The notes beneath the pieces are model-generated. The model was not told the origin of the DNA. It did not search any database and saw only the letters and a list, made by a program, of their open reading frames with translations. 24,273 bases of DNA. It comes from a virus (lineage: Duplodnaviria; Caudoviricetes). Shown here piece after piece: positions 1 to 7,325 of this stretch (within the stretch, counting starts at the first letter, position 1; each line of letters starts with the position of its first letter). The translations under genes and the position numbers were made by a program. The stretch is from positions 1 to 24,273 of the IMG/VR virus record IMGVR_UViG_3300003793_000004; one strand, written 5' to 3'.

Positions 1-76
1 CGTTACCCCATTCCCCAACCCCCACAAAAAATAATAATCTCAACATCAACCACTTAAAATATCTCTTTGGAATCAT
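1..76 (-). CDS. possible N-terminal fragment of a leftward ORF (MIPKRYFKWLMLRLLFFVGVGEWGN...)
   Basis: ATG at 76-74 just downstream of the leftward promoter, open to the window edge; only 25 codons visible. Confidence 0.2.
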   Translation of the reverse strand, partial: MIPKRYFKWLMLRLLFFVGVGEWGN

Positions 77-90
77 TAAAAGAACTGATG

Positions 91-123
91 CAAAGTTATA
101 GGGTAAAATTAGATACAGACAAA
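91..123 (-). promoter_or_regulatory. Bacteroidota sigma-70 type promoter firing leftward out of the window
   Basis: CAAAGTTA at 91-98 (TAACTTTG on minus, matches -7 TAnnTTTG) and CAAA at 120-123 (-33 TTTG), 21-nt spacer. Confidence 0.6.
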
Positions 124-168
124 TATTTGTTTAGTCCGTATAATTTGCAACGATGATGCAAAAATAGT

Positions 169-220
169 ATGATACTTTTTAGGTATTAAAGATGTTGTTG
201 ATGATACCTTTTGAGTATGA
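169..220. repeat. two imperfect palindromic operator-like direct repeats
   Basis: ATGATACTTTTTAGGTAT (169-186) and ATGATACCTTTTGAGTAT (201-218), 15/18 identical, 32 bp apart. Confidence 0.5.
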
Positions 221-536
221 ATAAATGCAACTATGTTGCAAAAATATGTTGTTGTTGTAAATGTCGGCTGATTTTAGTACTTGAAAATCTATACTTGTCA
301 CTGGTGACAACAATAGAATTGCTAAAAATTCCTCTGAAACTCAATGTGGGTAAGGCTTTCAGAGGATTGAAAAGCGTTTTAAAAAATGTATATTATATAT
401 ATATATCGAAAATATTTTCTCAATTTTGGCTTGAAACCCATACTGGGCTTATCATATGATAGAAATAATTAATTAGCATTGGTGACAAGTTTAGCAAAAT
501 ATGCAATAATTGCACGTTTGTTGAATTATTTAATAT

Positions 537-566
537 TTTGACAAGTATAGATTTGTATTATCTTTG
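537..566 (+). promoter_or_regulatory. Bacteroidota sigma-70 type promoter for the rightward early/middle operon
   Basis: TTTG at 537-540, 18-nt spacer, TATCTTTG at 559-566, followed by an A-rich leader and ATG at 592. Confidence 0.7.
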
Positions 567-591
567 TAATCCACAAACAAAAAGAGATAAT

Positions 592-885
592 ATGTTACAT
601 GAAGAAAGTATGTTAAAAGCGAAAAAACCTTCAGCTTTATTGGTTGATATTAGGAATCAGTTTGAGAAAAAGATAGTTGCTCAGCTTGTGTTGATTTCCG
701 CTATTCGTATGAAGATTGAAGCGATAAAACCGTTTGAGCCTATACCTGTTGATAATGGTATTTCTTGCCTTCATCGCAATCCTGATACAGGTGTTGTTAC
801 TGACCTGCAATTAGCATTGCGACAGTTGGATGTTAATTATACCGAGTTGAACATTATCCTGGAACATTTGAGTACGATTGTGTAG
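592..885 (+). CDS. hypothetical phage protein (97 aa, helical)
   Basis: ORF track gives TTG at 538, but that lies inside the promoter; in-frame ATG at 592 has an A-rich leader. Confidence 0.7.
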   Translation: MLHEESMLKAKKPSALLVDIRNQFEKKIVAQLVLISAIRMKIEAIKPFEPIPVDNGISCLHRNPDTGVVTDLQLALRQLDVNYTELNIILEHLSTIV

Positions 886-927
886 TTAATTCTTCCCTAT
901 TTCTGTTAAAATGACAAATGAAAGTTT

Positions 928-1158
928 ATGGATATGGCATTCTGCTTATTTCTGTTTTTTACTATAATTTATTTAGCAAGTTGTTTCTTGTTAATCAATT
1001 GGATAAATGAGAATCCGGATGCTGTTGATTTTATAAGAATGGAATTGTCTGAATATGAAGATGATAAAGTTTGCCTTGTGATTCGGATTTTCCCTTACAT
1101 CCCACTTTTGAATACTTACCTTGTATTGGATTACATTTTATTCAGAAATAAATTATAA
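928..1158 (+). CDS. small membrane protein
   Basis: N-terminal hydrophobic helix (AFCLFLFFTIIYLASCFLLI) and a second hydrophobic segment near the C-terminus; tight operon spacing. Confidence 0.65.
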   Translation: MDMAFCLFLFFTIIYLASCFLLINWINENPDAVDFIRMELSEYEDDKVCLVIRIFPYIPLLNTYLVLDYILFRNKL

Positions 1159-1164
1159 CTATTT

Positions 1165-1497
1165 ATGACACACAAATTCAGTGAAGCGTTTGTAAATTAT
1201 GTTGGACAGTTTTTGTATGCTGATTCTAAAGAAGGATGGTGTATGGAAATGTTAAATAGGTTTTCAGGCGAAGTCTTTGAGGACGATTCGTTGATTGAGG
1301 ATTTAAGAGGGTTGGAGAGACGTCAGATACCCATCTCACCCGATGCCGCATTTATGAAACCGTTAACTACAAATTTACAAAGAGTAGACGTACGGCCAAG
1401 TTCTTGGGGTATAGGTAGTGTTAGTTACGAAAAAGTTTACAAGCAGTTGCATATAAACAACATCCGCACAAAATACAAACAGTTTATCAAAAAGTAA
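1165..1497 (+). CDS. hypothetical phage protein (110 aa)
   Basis: Co-oriented ORF with 3-6 bp intergenic spacing. Confidence 0.7.
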   Translation: MTHKFSEAFVNYVGQFLYADSKEGWCMEMLNRFSGEVFEDDSLIEDLRGLERRQIPISPDAAFMKPLTTNLQRVDVRPSSWGIGSVSYEKVYKQLHINNIRTKYKQFIKK

Positions 1498-1500
1498 CCT

Positions 1501-1692
1501 ATGGAAATGCAAATAACTTTTCAGTTACCGAATGGGTATAAGCATATTATTGAGCATTGGAATGTAATTGCGCTTCCGAATATTGGCGATGAAGTTGTTT
1601 TGAGTATTGATAGTAAAGATTGCGTTTATAAGGTTTCTTCTAGGCATTGGAGAGGTGATAAGCCAGAAAGGGTAACAATTAAGGTAAAGTAA
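1501..1692 (+). CDS. small beta-rich hypothetical protein (63 aa)
   Basis: LPNIGDEV...YKVSSRHW pattern typical of small SH3/KOW-like phage proteins; operon packing. Confidence 0.7.
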   Translation: MEMQITFQLPNGYKHIIEHWNVIALPNIGDEVVLSIDSKDCVYKVSSRHWRGDKPERVTIKVK

Positions 1693-1693
1693 T

Positions 1694-1933
1694 ATGGAGA
1701 TATACAACAACTTTTCACCTTTAGACAAGAGGTTTATGGGGCGTAATTACTCTGTTATGTTCGGATTGTTTTGCGTTCATGTTGGGCATTATATAGGGTG
1801 GTTGCGATTGTTTGGCTATGGTATTGCGTGGAAGAATACTGAGTATCATCCATATCTGTTCTCTGAGAGGTTTGGTTATACAAAGACATTGAAGATTGGT
1901 GATTGGAGTTTTAAAATTTTAAAAAAGAAGTGA
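1694..1933 (+). CDS. hypothetical phage protein (79 aa, aromatic-rich)
   Basis: 1 bp after the previous stop; its stop overlaps the next start (GTGATG). Confidence 0.7.
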   Translation: MEIYNNFSPLDKRFMGRNYSVMFGLFCVHVGHYIGWLRLFGYGIAWKNTEYHPYLFSERFGYTKTLKIGDWSFKILKKK

Positions 1934-2466
1934 TGAGAGTATTTATTGGGATTGATGTTGGCAAACAAGGTGGGATTGTTTTGATTAAGGATAATGGTGT
2001 TATCGAGACTTTTAAAACGCCATTGGTAGCCAACGAAATTGATTTGAATGAGATTATGTCGATGATTGGATCATATAGTGATGTGATTGTAGGCATTGAG
2101 AATGTGGCAAACATATTTGGTTCATCTAGTAAGAGTAACTTCCAATTTGGCAGGGCTTTAGGGTTAATAGAAGGGCTTATTACAGGCATTGGGCTTCCAT
2201 TTGTTAAGGTGCATTCTAAGGTGTGGCAAAAACTAGCTTTTGAGGGTATTCCCGTTGTTTATAAACCAGGTAAAGTTAAAGTTAATAAGAAAACGGGCGT
2301 ATCAGAGGAAACAAAGAAAGTTGATACTAAGGCTATGGCTTTACTCGCTGCTAAGAGACTGTATCCTAAAGTTAATTTATTGGCTACTGAGCGTTCTAAA
2401 ATCCCACATGATGGCATTGTTGATAGTTTGCTTATTGCGCATTACTTAAAACAAACTAATAAATAA
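1930..2466 (+). CDS. ruvC: RuvC-like Holliday junction resolvase
   Basis: Motifs IGIDVG, VGIENV, FQFG..G, WQK and HDGIVDSLLIA carry the RNase H-fold acidic residues; start may be ATG at 1933. Confidence 0.88.
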   Translation: MMRVFIGIDVGKQGGIVLIKDNGVIETFKTPLVANEIDLNEIMSMIGSYSDVIVGIENVANIFGSSSKSNFQFGRALGLIEGLITGIGLPFVKVHSKVWQKLAFEGIPVVYKPGKVKVNKKTGVSEETKKVDTKAMALLAAKRLYPKVNLLATERSKIPHDGIVDSLLIAHYLKQTNK

Positions 2467-3023
2467 TGGGTAGACGTCCTGTTACACCTCGAACATTTAA
2501 TCCAGCTAAGATGGGGAGTAATCCTTTTCTGAGGGATTATACTTTGAAAGTGATGGAAATGAATGTGAGTAAGGAGTTAAGTTCTGTTAAAAGAAGCGAA
2601 GGGATTATTACGGATATAACTGCCACGGGGAATATCAATAACAGGTATTACATCGAGACTACGCCGTATGCCAGGTTGTATAAGGTACCGGCGCATCTGA
2701 AAGAGTTGGTTCAGTGTACAGGCGCTACGTTGAAGTTGCTGATATGGATAATGATTAAAGTCGAAGTTGGCAGCGATTATATCGTGGTTGATATTGAAGA
2801 TTTTAAGAGACGTGCTTCTTGTAGCCATAGTAGTTATTGCAGAGCGGTTGCGGAATTAACGGGGTTGTATTTCATTATGAGGCAGAAACAGCCGAATGTC
2901 TTTTGGATTAATCCTTCTTACTTCTTTTCCGGCAATGCAATTACTAAGTATGCTGATAATATGCAGGTGGTAGCGGTCAATGTAGAGGATTTGAAGAAGA
3001 AATATACTGATGAATTAAAATAG
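2466..3023 (+). CDS. RepL-like winged-helix replication/maintenance protein
   Basis: LLIWIM...HTH (SHSSYCRAVAEL) followed by FWINPSYFFSGN, a RepL-type C-terminal motif; TAATG-coupled to the resolvase. Confidence 0.7.
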   Translation: MGRRPVTPRTFNPAKMGSNPFLRDYTLKVMEMNVSKELSSVKRSEGIITDITATGNINNRYYIETTPYARLYKVPAHLKELVQCTGATLKLLIWIMIKVEVGSDYIVVDIEDFKRRASCSHSSYCRAVAELTGLYFIMRQKQPNVFWINPSYFFSGNAITKYADNMQVVAVNVEDLKKKYTDELK

Positions 3024-3028
3024 GGGGT

Positions 3029-3274
3029 ATGATTGAACTACCGATATTTTGGCAAGGAGAAACGTTAAATCAGTTGGAAGATTTAGGCGTTGAAATAGAA
3101 CGTGATTTAACTGATACTGAGTGTCGTACAGTAGCTTTTTTTAAAGTAGATAATGTACAGACCTATGAAGAAGATGGAATCGAATACAGTATCGTTAATT
3201 CAGGCGGAAAGGAATTTATCTGTAAGTATAACTATGAGACAACCAAGGATTTAGTGATTAAAAATTTAAAATAG
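3029..3274 (+). CDS. hypothetical acidic phage protein (81 aa)
   Basis: Co-oriented ORF in operon. Confidence 0.75.
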   Translation: MIELPIFWQGETLNQLEDLGVEIERDLTDTECRTVAFFKVDNVQTYEEDGIEYSIVNSGGKEFICKYNYETTKDLVIKNLK

Positions 3275-3280
3275 CAAACA

Positions 3281-3673
3281 ATGATTAAACTATCAGCAAT
3301 TGGACATCTAGGTAAAGATGCAACTACAAACACAGTAAATAGTAAGACGGTGATTAATTTCTCACTTGCTCATTCAGAGAAGTACAAAAACGCACAAGGC
3401 GAACAGGTTGATAAATCTATATGGGTAGAATGCGCTTATTGGCAAGATAAAACAAGTATTGTTCCGTATTTGAAAAAAGGCACGTTGGTATATGTTGAAG
3501 GTCAACCCGAAGCTCAGAGTTATCAAAAGAATGATGGTAGTACTGGAGTAAAATTAGTATGCCGTGTTTCTAATGTTCAGTTGTTAGGCAGTAAGGATAG
3601 TGATAGTGGTAATGCTAGTGCGCCACAACAAGCGAGTGAACCTTCTAAATTGATAGATGATACTCCTTTTTGA
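3281..3673 (+). CDS. ssb: single-stranded DNA-binding protein
   Basis: IGHLGKDA, NFSLA, W..C..W, YLKKGTLVYVEG OB-fold motifs and acidic C-terminal DDTPF. Confidence 0.95.
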   Translation: MIKLSAIGHLGKDATTNTVNSKTVINFSLAHSEKYKNAQGEQVDKSIWVECAYWQDKTSIVPYLKKGTLVYVEGQPEAQSYQKNDGSTGVKLVCRVSNVQLLGSKDSDSGNASAPQQASEPSKLIDDTPF

Positions 3674-3690
3674 TATTAAATCGGATTATT

Positions 3691-4059
3691 ATGAAAAGTA
3701 ACATTATCTCCGCAATCCACCATTTACGAATGGCAAAAGAACACTTTCAGGACTTGCAACGTGAAATGCCTGATAGCCTTGGAGAAAAGATGGGTAAGAA
3801 GTATGAAAGTAAAGTCGATTGGATTTATACTGATTTTATTACTAACCATTTGTTTCCAAAAGAAGTTAGAGAAGGTTGTCGTAACGAATGGGAAAGCGAT
3901 GTGTTTGCTGTACCGGCTATCACGGATAAGATTGCTTTGTTAGATCCAAACTTTAGGGATTTATTAGAAAGTGTTATTGATGCTAAGTTGGCAGGTGAGG
4001 AAATAAGCATTATTGATAAACCATTAAAAAAAGAATATGAAACAGTTGAACAGCATTAA
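3691..4059 (+). CDS. hypothetical phage protein (122 aa, helical)
   Basis: ATG at 3691 (attattATG) preferred over TTG at 3670; overlaps next gene. Confidence 0.75.
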   Translation: MKSNIISAIHHLRMAKEHFQDLQREMPDSLGEKMGKKYESKVDWIYTDFITNHLFPKEVREGCRNEWESDVFAVPAITDKIALLDPNFRDLLESVIDAKLAGEEISIIDKPLKKEYETVEQH

Positions 4060-4345
4060 GCAGTTTACAGTAAAGTTATTCCGAAAGGTATTTAAGCCTA
4101 AAGAAAAGGTTGAAGAAACTTTTTACAGACTGAAACAGGATAGCGGCCAATCTTGCTATGAGTTAAACCTGCACACTAAGGTATTGAAGTTTGCGAGTTT
4201 TGAAAGTTTTAAAGTTGATGGCATAGTAAAGAAGCGGTTAAAGGTGAATGCTAATTGTATTTATTGTATTGCTATCAATGAGAAAAACGCTATCCGTAAA
4301 TTCAGGCAACAGGTATCAGCAATGTTAAACAACAAAAAACAATAA
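4037..4345 (+). CDS. basic hypothetical phage protein (102 aa)
   Basis: Lys-rich ORF with C-terminal AINEKNAIRKF; operon packing. Confidence 0.75.
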   Translation: MKQLNSIKQFTVKLFRKVFKPKEKVEETFYRLKQDSGQSCYELNLHTKVLKFASFESFKVDGIVKKRLKVNANCIYCIAINEKNAIRKFRQQVSAMLNNKKQ

Positions 4346-4347
4346 TT

Positions 4348-4623
4348 ATGAGTGATTTTTTTTACAAGCCTTTGCACGAAAAGGTATTAGTACTTCCTAA
4401 AGAAAGGGATACAAAAACAAGTGGCGGCATTATTAAAGTTGCTGACGATGCCAACATCCCGGATTATGGGGTGGTAGTAGCTGTGTCTGATTTAGTAGAC
4501 TACATAAAGTTGGGGGATACTGTTATGTATGAGCACGGTGCGGGCAAGCCCATTGTGCTGCAAGATAAAAAGTATGTGTTGTTAGATTGCAGTCAACATG
4601 GAAGTGTATTAGGGATAGTTTAA
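4348..4623 (+). CDS. groES: GroES/Cpn10-like co-chaperonin
   Basis: KPLHEKVLV, mobile loop KTSGGII, GVVVAVS, IKLGDTVMY, terminal VLGIV. Confidence 0.9.
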   Translation: MSDFFYKPLHEKVLVLPKERDTKTSGGIIKVADDANIPDYGVVVAVSDLVDYIKLGDTVMYEHGAGKPIVLQDKKYVLLDCSQHGSVLGIV

Positions 4624-5012
4624 TACCCCAACTCACTAAGTTTAATCATTGGTTTTTTATTATAAGTCAGATTGATAGCATTAAGTATCAGTCTGGCTTT
4701 TGTCATTATACGCTTAGGCAACTCTGACCCTTCTGCAAACGCATCATTCTTTTCGGCAGCATCTTCCCATTCGTACGCTTTCTTGAAGGTGTTCAGGTGG
4801 CGGGTGTATGCAACACGCTCGATGCCGATGTGCTTTCTGATTTCGTTGTCGGTAAAACCATTCATGTGCGCCACACCTGCAAAAACGACCATGCCGATTG
4901 TCGTCTCGGTGTTGGTGCTGCCAGAGGCGTTTACCACATTCCATTGCCTGCCAGGTGCTTTGTCCCACAAGAATTGCGGGCGTGTCAGTTCTTCAAGTTG
5001 CTGTAGTGTCAT
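4620..5012 (-). CDS. hypothetical protein, possible HTH DNA-binding regulator (130 aa)
   Basis: VFAGVAHMNGFTDNEIRKHIGIERVAYTRHL resembles a helix-turn-helix; 4-bp overlap with the upstream minus ORF. Confidence 0.7.
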   Translation of the reverse strand: MTLQQLEELTRPQFLWDKAPGRQWNVVNASGSTNTETTIGMVVFAGVAHMNGFTDNEIRKHIGIERVAYTRHLNTFKKAYEWEDAAEKNDAFAEGSELPKRIMTKARLILNAINLTYNKKPMIKLSELGY

Positions 5013-5272
5013 TTGCTTTTATTATGTTTTTGTAATGGTGACAATCCTTCTTCACGCAAAGCCCTCAACGTAAGATGTTCCTCCACCCCGAACGTCCTGA
5101 AAAGTTTGCCCCAATCGTATGTGTAGACCAAGGCATCGCCTACTTTATGTGAACCCACTTGGAAACGGAGGCAAAAAGTCGGTTGCGTATCAAGCAAAAA
5201 CCTCCTTATCTCGTCCAAATTAAACGACTTACGGTGGATACAAATAGTATTTGAGGCAAAATTAACCCTCAT
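5009..5272 (-). CDS. hypothetical protein (87 aa)
   Basis: ATG with aacaacaATG leader directly downstream of a minus-strand TAAATTTG element. Confidence 0.7.
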   Translation of the reverse strand: MRVNFASNTICIHRKSFNLDEIRRFLLDTQPTFCLRFQVGSHKVGDALVYTYDWGKLFRTFGVEEHLTLRALREEGLSPLQKHNKSK

Positions 5273-5288
5273 TGTTGTTATGTTTCAG

Positions 5289-5310
5289 CAAATTTACAAG
5301 TATATGTTTG
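5289..5310. promoter_or_regulatory. back-to-back divergent -7 promoter elements
   Basis: CAAATTTA 5289-5296 (TAAATTTG on minus) and TATGTTTG 5303-5310 on plus, in the 90-bp gap between divergent genes; -33 elements not clearly at consensus spacing. Confidence 0.5.
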
Positions 5311-5362
5311 TATTTGGGTTAATTTTACAAATATTTCGTTTGTAAGCTGCCACTTTTGTGCT

Positions 5363-6232
5363 ATGGTTACTACGAACTCGATATTTGTTACGGTAGATAA
5401 GGCATTAAATGATGAAATTGTTACCAATGGTGGCATAAAGTTTTATATAGACCCAACATATAACCCTGAGTGGAACGTATCTGTAACGGGGAAAGTAGCG
5501 GCTATACCGAAATACATAAAAGGCTCAAACTCAGCCAAGTTGGCAAGATTGAAAGAGGGAGATGAAGTCGCATTTGATTACTCGGTAATCAGCGAAATGA
5601 AGTTTAATGAAAACCCTGAACTATACCAAGAAACTTTAGATGTACCGGGAAGTTTAAAAAGATTTGAGAACTCTAAAGGTAAAATGATTTCAATATTTTG
5701 CTATGATGGGGCTATTTCTAAAAGATGGGGTTGCTCGCTATACGATAAAAATAGCCGTACTATAATTGATGGAAGGGACAATATCAACGAATCAGAGAAA
5801 GACAGATGGCTTGCACAATTTCACTTTGGTGGCGTGCAGGATTTTAGATTTAAGAACTTACTAGAAATAGAAAGTAAAAAATCAGGTACCGAAATACAAA
5901 CCGATGATTATTGGAATGTTAGTATGGATAATATTCTTGCTATTAAAAAAGGTGATGACGTAGTATCTGTTTCTAACTATGTTATTGCTACTCCTTTAAT
6001 GGTAGATGCTACTTCATCTTATAACTTTCAGAATGGCGTTATGCTGCCTCCAATGAGTGTATGCTTTGAATTAACAGACAGGGCTGAGGTTGCATCCGAT
6101 TATCCTGAACTGGGATTAAAAAAAGGCGATATAGCTTCTACTGAAGAAATGTATATATGCAGATATGATTTGTGGGGTAAAAAGTATTTCCTAATCAATA
6201 AAAACAGGATACTAGGCACATGGCACAAATAA
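5363..6232 (+). CDS. GroES-like protein with two Cpn10-like modules and an insertion (289 aa)
   Basis: N-module IVTNGGIKFYID...GKVAAIP...LKEGDEVAFDY; C-module NYVIATP...DRAEV...LGLKKGD...GKKYFLINKNRILG. Confidence 0.65.
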   Translation: MVTTNSIFVTVDKALNDEIVTNGGIKFYIDPTYNPEWNVSVTGKVAAIPKYIKGSNSAKLARLKEGDEVAFDYSVISEMKFNENPELYQETLDVPGSLKRFENSKGKMISIFCYDGAISKRWGCSLYDKNSRTIIDGRDNINESEKDRWLAQFHFGGVQDFRFKNLLEIESKKSGTEIQTDDYWNVSMDNILAIKKGDDVVSVSNYVIATPLMVDATSSYNFQNGVMLPPMSVCFELTDRAEVASDYPELGLKKGDIASTEEMYICRYDLWGKKYFLINKNRILGTWHK

Positions 6233-6906
6233 ACGAGATACATGATTTTATTCACCTTATCGAAAGAAAGGAACGGGGCGGGTTCACATCCGATGCCGAG
6301 ATAGATATGTACCTCGACAGGGCGCAAATGGAGTGCTTTACGGAGTACTTTAAGCAATACGGGAATACGCAGATTGTACATGATGCACTTACTATCTTCA
6401 AGGTGACATGGGCGTTTAGCTATGTAGACTGCCCCAATGGCTTGTTGAACTACCCAGACGGGTACACACACCTTTTAGGGTTATCAGTTATAGGCTACGA
6501 CAATGCCACATCGGCACAGACTTTCAATGAGGTAAGGTACATGAATGAAAATCAGTTGGCTAATGCTGTAAAAAGCGCATTACGCAAACCAACTGTTACT
6601 GCCCCTATTGGAGTCGATAAAGGTTCAAGCGATGCCAATGGTAACTATGAGATTTACACTCAGATATACCCGAAAGTGCCGTATGCGGGCGAGATGATTT
6701 ATCTAAGGAGACCTGCAAAGCCTAAGTATGGCTTTACGCAAAGCGGAAGAACGATTACTTATGATCCAACAACAAGTGTTCAGTTAGAATGGACGAATAC
6801 TTATGTGTCGAAGATTATTGGCAGGGCGATGATGTACTTAGGATTGAATATGGATGAAAAGGATTTTATCGAATTTGGTGCAATGGAAGCAAATAAAATA
6901 CAGTAA
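6220..6906 (+). CDS. putative head-tail adaptor / tail ring protein (228 aa)
   Basis: EIDMYLDRAQME helix, YPDGY, IYLRRPAKPK and LEW + terminal helix pattern typical of P22 gp4/T7 gp11-like and crAss-like ring proteins; synteny. Confidence 0.65.
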   Translation: MAQINEIHDFIHLIERKERGGFTSDAEIDMYLDRAQMECFTEYFKQYGNTQIVHDALTIFKVTWAFSYVDCPNGLLNYPDGYTHLLGLSVIGYDNATSAQTFNEVRYMNENQLANAVKSALRKPTVTAPIGVDKGSSDANGNYEIYTQIYPKVPYAGEMIYLRRPAKPKYGFTQSGRTITYDPTTSVQLEWTNTYVSKIIGRAMMYLGLNMDEKDFIEFGAMEANKIQ

Positions 6907-7316
6907 TGCCTACAAGTAAAAGGAAATTAGCGGAACAAGTGCTTTATCGTCTTTACGGCGGTGTGAATACATCATCTTCACCTGTACAGATTGAGGATGT
7001 GTATGAAGCGATTAATCAGAAGATAAATGCTTTGATTAAGGCGGAAGTGTTTTCTGTTACTCTGGCTAGTGGCGATACAATACCGGAAGGGTTAATGACC
7101 GCTACTTACGAAAATATTCCTGTTGTACCGTATGGTAAAAGAAGCAAAGCTATTTTACCTGCCATGCCTGTAAGATTACCTCGTAATATGGGTGTGTTTG
7201 AGATATGGAATGATACAATTTCTGATGGGTTTGACACAGAAATGCCTGTTAATTACTTGCTTACTGAAGATAGAATTGATATTACAACAGAAGATGGGAA
7301 AATTATAACAACATAA
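6906..7316 (+). CDS. N-terminal half of a putative tail ring protein with a C-terminal LLTED..I.TEDG extension
   Basis: Helical N-terminus then LPAMPVRLPRNMGVFEI; lacks the ring C-terminal elements, which appear in 9285..9620. Confidence 0.6.
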   Translation: MPTSKRKLAEQVLYRLYGGVNTSSSPVQIEDVYEAINQKINALIKAEVFSVTLASGDTIPEGLMTATYENIPVVPYGKRSKAILPAMPVRLPRNMGVFEIWNDTISDGFDTEMPVNYLLTEDRIDITTEDGKIITT

Positions 7317-7325
7317 AATTAAAAG

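Noticed and set aside
211-459. 82-aa ORF with CCCCKC
   Set aside because: TTG start, runs through palindromes and the (TA)n tract; Cys run arises from a TGT microrepeat; more likely non-coding.
538-591. TTG start extension of the first gene
   Set aside because: Overlaps the consensus promoter; ATG 592 fits better.
4672-5073. 133-aa plus-strand ORF and other short ORFs in the island
   Set aside because: Antisense shadows in a GC-richer, stop-poor patch; the minus pair has a promoter, leader and coupled overlap.
6100-6471. 123-aa minus-strand ORF across two late genes
   Set aside because: Antisense to two well-supported genes, no recognisable motifs.
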